A stretch of DNA of 9,923 nucleotides from Octopus sinensis (taxonomy: Eukaryota): contig NW_021827815.1 in assembly GCF_006345805.1 (NCBI RefSeq), positions 1-9,923 on the forward strand. Reading direction: 5' to 3'. This document shows positions 6,425-9,923 of the stretch, piece after piece. The notes beneath the pieces are model-generated. The model saw nothing but the letters and a program-made list of their open reading frames with translations, did no database searches and was not told the origin of the DNA. The position numbers and the translations under genes are program-made. Position 1 is the stretch's first letter; every line of letters starts with the position of its first letter.

Positions 6425-6591
6425 TAGGGCCGGCCCTAGGGTTACTGATGCCCCAGGCAAACGGAACTTCGGCGCCCTTACAAGTATAATGTTTTAAAAC
6501 TTTCACAAGGAGTAAAAACTGAAAATGTAGACTAAAAAGCACATGGCACCCGGGTGACTGCCCGAGTTGCCGGCACCTTGAGCCCGCCCTA
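6425..6591. mobile_element. hAT-type MITE, 167 bp
   Basis: Imperfect TIRs TAGGGCCGGCCC versus reverse complement TAGGGCGGGCTC (10/12). Exact 8-bp TSD GGTGCATA at 6417-6424 and 6592-6599. GC-rich subterminal regions around an AT-rich core. Confidence 0.85.
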
Positions 6592-6657
6592 GGTGCATAG
6601 GGTCCTTCAGGCAAGTTATGACTGAAGAAATATTGGAATAATCAGTATCTCAGTGAT

Positions 6658-6947
6658 GGTGCGTGGCTTAGTGGTTAGGTTATTCGGTTCACTATCGTAA
6701 AGTCCTGAGTTCGATTCCTAGTGGTGTGTTGTTCTTGAGCAAAACACTATTTCAAACTGCTCCAGTCCACTCAGCTGGCGGAAAAAGTTTTGCCTGTAAT
6801 TCAAACGAGCAAGCCTTGTCACATTCGGTGAGTCACGCTGAATCTCCCTGAGAACTACATTAAGGGTACGCATGTCTGTGGAGTGATCAGCCGCTTGCAC
6901 GTTAATTTCAAGAGCAGGCTGTTCAGTTGATCGAACCAACTGGAGCA
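6658..6947 (+). mobile_element. SINE family B (tail variant 2), diverged copy
   Basis: Colinear with 5153-5440: GGCTTAGTGGTTAGG, GAGTTCGATTCC, TGCTCCAGTCCACTCAGCTGGC, GAGAACTAC.TTAAGGGTA, TGCACGTTA.TTTCA.GAGCA.GCTGTTC.GTTGAT. Confidence 0.85.
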
Positions 6948-7038
6948 TTTTCACAGAGTCAAAAAACAGGATTTGGAAGCTGTCATTTTGTGCGTGACTG
7001 CACATGTTGTCTACATCCTGAAAATAGTACGTTTTGTC

Positions 7039-7253
7039 AAGAAAGAGTAAGCAACACGTCTTTTGCAGTTTTAAGCATTGCGATAGCACGAACTTAAAAG
7101 ATTTATTCAAAAACGTTACTTAGCAGTTATTTTTAGCACACCCCACAACCACCGCAATGACAAAAAGAAACGAGTAAACAGCATATTTTGTAGTTTTAAG
7201 CATTCAATGTGCATTTAATGCGATGTACGAGTCTAAAAGATTTATTCAAAAAC
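7039..7253. repeat. Diverged local direct repeat (7039-7114 and 7165-7253)
   Basis: Both units share GAGTAA...TTTTG.AGTTTTAAGCATT...GCGAT...ACGA...TAAAAGATTTATTCAAAAAC. Confidence 0.75.
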
Positions 7254-7737
7254 AAAATAGCACATTACAAATTAAATATTAAAAAAACAACAACATTTTG
7301 TTGACCAGTTCATAAATTCATATGCTCAATTGTCAACAGATAGGTAAAACAAGTGGTTTCAATATATTTGTCAATACGTGCTTTCTCGCAGACAAAAGAG
7401 TTCTCATGTTCCGCTTGTTACTATGAGAACAGGCATGAATGTGTCTGTGGCTTACGATTGGCTAAAATTACCCCAAATTTTCAAACTTTAATTGCTAATA
7501 ACTCTTTATTTATTGATTTATAGCGAAAATGATTTTCATGCCATTCATTAGCCTCTAAAAGTGTATCATTACACTGAATATGAAATCAATTCGAACAGAA
7601 TTGATGGCAGCCAAACCGAATAGATCCGGAATTTGTATTATTATATTCAACTAATACATTCAATACATTTCACCGCAGCTAATTAATTTCATCACTGAAT
7701 ATTTATCAACCGTGGATTTTCCACGATTGCCTACTAG

Positions 7738-7967
7738 TACATATATATGCACACACACGTACACACATGTATGTATACAAATGTGTGTGCATGAGTGCGC
7801 ACGCGCATGTGTTTGCATGCGTGTGCATTCATGTGTATAAATGTTACATAAATGAGGTGTGCATATATGTGTATAGTGTATACTATATATATTGTATGTG
7901 CGTCTATAAATGAGGTATTATGCGTTTGATACAGGTGTATATAAATAGAATAGTATGAATATATATA
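7738..7967. repeat. Degenerate TA/CA/TG low-complexity tract
   Basis: Read directly. Confidence 0.8.
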
Positions 7968-8326
7968 TTCTTTTATTCTTTTACTTGTTTGTCATTTGAC
8001 TGCAGCCAAGCTGGAGCACCGCTTTAGTCGAGCAAATAGCCCCCAGTACTTATTCTTTGTAAACCTGGTACTTATTCTATTGGGTTCTTTTGCCGAACCG
8101 CCAAGTTACGGGGGCCTAAACACACCAGCATTGGTTGTCAAGCGATGTTGGGGGGAACAAACACACACACATACGACGGGCTTCTTTTAGTTTCGTCTAC
8201 CAAATCCACTCACAAAGCATTGGTTGGCCCGAGGCTATAGTAGAAGACACTAACCCAAGGTGCCACGTAGTGGGACTGAAAACCGGACCATGTGTTGGTA
8301 AGCAAGCTACTTACCACACACAGCCT
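7968..8326 (-). mobile_element. SINE family A, near full length
   Basis: Reverse complement of 3180-3574 throughout, from TTCTTTTACTTGTTT through GGTTGTCAAGCGATG and CCGAGGCTATAGTAGAAGACAC to AGCAAGCTACTTACCAC. Confidence 0.9.
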
Positions 8327-8335
8327 TTCTGTGCT

Positions 8336-8343
8336 TATAATAT

Positions 8344-8397
<54 letters not shown>

Positions 8398-8483
8398 CAT
8401 ACATACATACATACATTACCTACATACATACACACACACCACACACATTACCACACACACACACACACACACACATATGTATA
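8336..8483. repeat. Compound (TA)n-(TACA)n-(CA)n microsatellite
   Basis: Read directly. Confidence 0.9.
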
Positions 8484-9732
8484 TCAGGTCATCCCGAAAG
8501 TTCTGTCCGAATTTTGAATAAAGAAAACAAGTGATCAAATGTTATATTTAATTGAAATTTAATCATCAATGTACTTTCCCTGATTATCTATGACTTTCTT
8601 CCATCTATTTACAAGCTTTTTAATCCCATCAATGTAAAACTCTTTTGGTTTCAAAGCGAAGAACTCTGAAATGTCAGCTTGCGAAAGTTATGTCCCAAAA
8701 TGATTCTGTAAACTACGAAACAAATGGTAGTCTGAAGGAGCATGGTCGGGAGAATAAGGTGGATGAGGAATTTTTTCCCAACCAAGCTCCTCGATCTTTG
8801 CTGTGTGGAGTCGCGCATTGTCCTGATGAAACATCACTCCTTTTCGATTGACTAAAGCGGGTCTTTTTTACTTCAAAGCTTGGTTCAAACGCTTTAATTA
8901 TTGACAGTAGACTTGAGCATTAATTGTTGCATTAGGCGGTAACAATTCAAAGTGAACTACTCCTTTGCAATCCCACCAGATAGACAGTAGAATCTTTTAT
9001 CCATGAAGTTCCCTTCTCGGTTGTGGTTGAGCTTTTCCTCTTTACCAAGCCACTGTTTACGACGCTTAACATTTCGATAGAAGATCCATTTTTCGTCACC
9101 AGTCACAAGTCTATCCGAAACGGGTGAAATGAGTTCGCGAGAATGGAGAGAAGAGCAAATGTCAACTCGAAATTTGCTGTTGCTTTCGGACAATTCATGA
9201 GGCACCCATTTTCCAAGTTTGGGAACCTTTCCAAGTTGTTGAAGATGACGATGAACAGTTGTATGGTTTGAACTAAGCTTAATTGCCAATTCTTCAACTG
9301 ATAATGCAGGATTTTCTTCAAGTAATGCCTCAAGGAGCTCATCATCAAACTTAACTGGACGTCCTGTTCGATATTCATCTTCAAGGCTGAAATCTCCACT
9401 TCTGAATTTTGCAAACCATCTCCTGCAAGTTCTTTTATTCAAGCATTCTTTCCCGTAAACTGAGTGTATGTTTCGAGTCCCTTCGGCTGCAGAGTTTCCT
9501 TTTTTGTACTCATAAAGCATTATGTGCCTTAAATGCTCTTTGGATACTTCCATGTTAGAAAGGGTTTTAATCAAACAAATTTTAATTCTATTATTTTGTA
9601 AAATATTTAATTAGTTTAAATGTACACAAATGCCTAAGAATAATTTTAATTCCATTAGGCATTCTAAAATACTATTAAATTTCATTCAATTTTAAATAAG
9701 TAAAATTGGACAGAACTTATGGGATGGCCTTA
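8484..9732 (-). mobile_element. Full-length (1249 bp) defective mariner transposon
   Basis: TA|TCAGGTCATCCCGAAAGTTCTGTCCGAATTTT at left versus reverse complement of right end TA|TAAGGCCATCCCATAAGTTCTGTCCAATTTT: ~30-bp TIRs with ~5 differences and a TA TSD. Transposase lies inside. Confidence 0.95.
8559..9553 (-). pseudogene. Mariner (DD34D-type) transposase pseudogene
   Basis: Starts MEVSKEHLRH at 9553. Motifs CRRWFAKF, WVPHEL, TGDEKW, VWWDCKG, FHQDNAR, HPPYSPDHAPSDY. Frameshift near 9033-9036; in-frame TAA at 8997, 8898, 8868 and 8688; D2-D3 spacing shortened to 29 residues; terminal TAA at 8559. Confidence 0.95.
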
Positions 9733-9744
9733 TATATATATATA

Positions 9745-9923
9745 AAGGGAAAGTTTACGAAAATAAACAAAAAGACGAAGGCAGGTGGTGTACAAACAAA
9801 CAAATGTATTAGTATAGCGCTCAGGAATAGAAAAAGTCTTTTACGTTTCGAGCCTACGCTCTTCTACAGAAAGATACTCAGAAAAAAAACAAGGAGAGAA
9901 ACAACGAGAGAAAAAAATGTGTG
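9745..9923 (-). mobile_element. Short Penelope-like element, copy 2 (runs off window edge)
   Basis: Near-identical to 474-640; abuts (TA)7 at 9731-9744 directly after the mariner right TIR. Confidence 0.65.
9837..9874 (-). ncRNA. Candidate minimal type I hammerhead ribozyme, copy 2
   Basis: Identical 38-nt motif to 565-602. Confidence 0.6.

Noticed and set aside
7445-7635. Possible fragment of another interspersed repeat (GATTGGCTAAAATTACCCCAAATTTTCAAACTTTAA...)
   Set aside because: It looks familiar, but there is no second copy, terminus or TSD in the window to support it; needs a repeat-library search.
7711-7725. CGTGGA-TTT-TCCACG inverted repeat with a kappaB-like GGATTTTCC
   Set aside because: Too short to distinguish from chance.
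474-9923. The two ~190-bp direct repeats as LTRs of one 9.4-kb element
   Set aside because: The interior has no gag/pol or PLE ORF, only unrelated SINEs and DNA transposons of mixed ages; there are no TG...CA ends or shared TSD.

Overview
Eukaryotic, repeat-saturated DNA, most likely intronic or intergenic sequence of an octopus (coleoid cephalopod). The taxon is inferred from my recognition of the SINE families, not from a database search. No intact gene is evident. The window holds about 11 copies or fragments of three tRNA-derived SINE families (labelled A, B and C here; A, B and C are my labels). It also holds two decayed mariner transposons (one full length, 8484-9732, with TIRs and TA TSD), a non-autonomous Helitron with both ends intact (2565-2920), a 167-bp hAT-type MITE with an 8-bp TSD (6425-6591) and several compound microsatellites. 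The most interesting signal is a ~190-bp element present twice (474-665 and 9745-end), each copy abutting (TA)n. On the minus strand each copy carries an identical 38-nt minimal type I hammerhead-ribozyme motif of the kind associated with Penelope-like elements, with a palindromic ACGU stem III and an atypical core (U at position 6, extra A after A9). Other observations: a SINE-C trimer with breakpoints clustered at an anticodon-like arm, a close inverted SINE pair (possible ADAR substrate), a mariner whose disabling lesions all lie in the catalytic half, and weak candidate host exons. Most entries of the supplied ORF track are artefacts of repeats.
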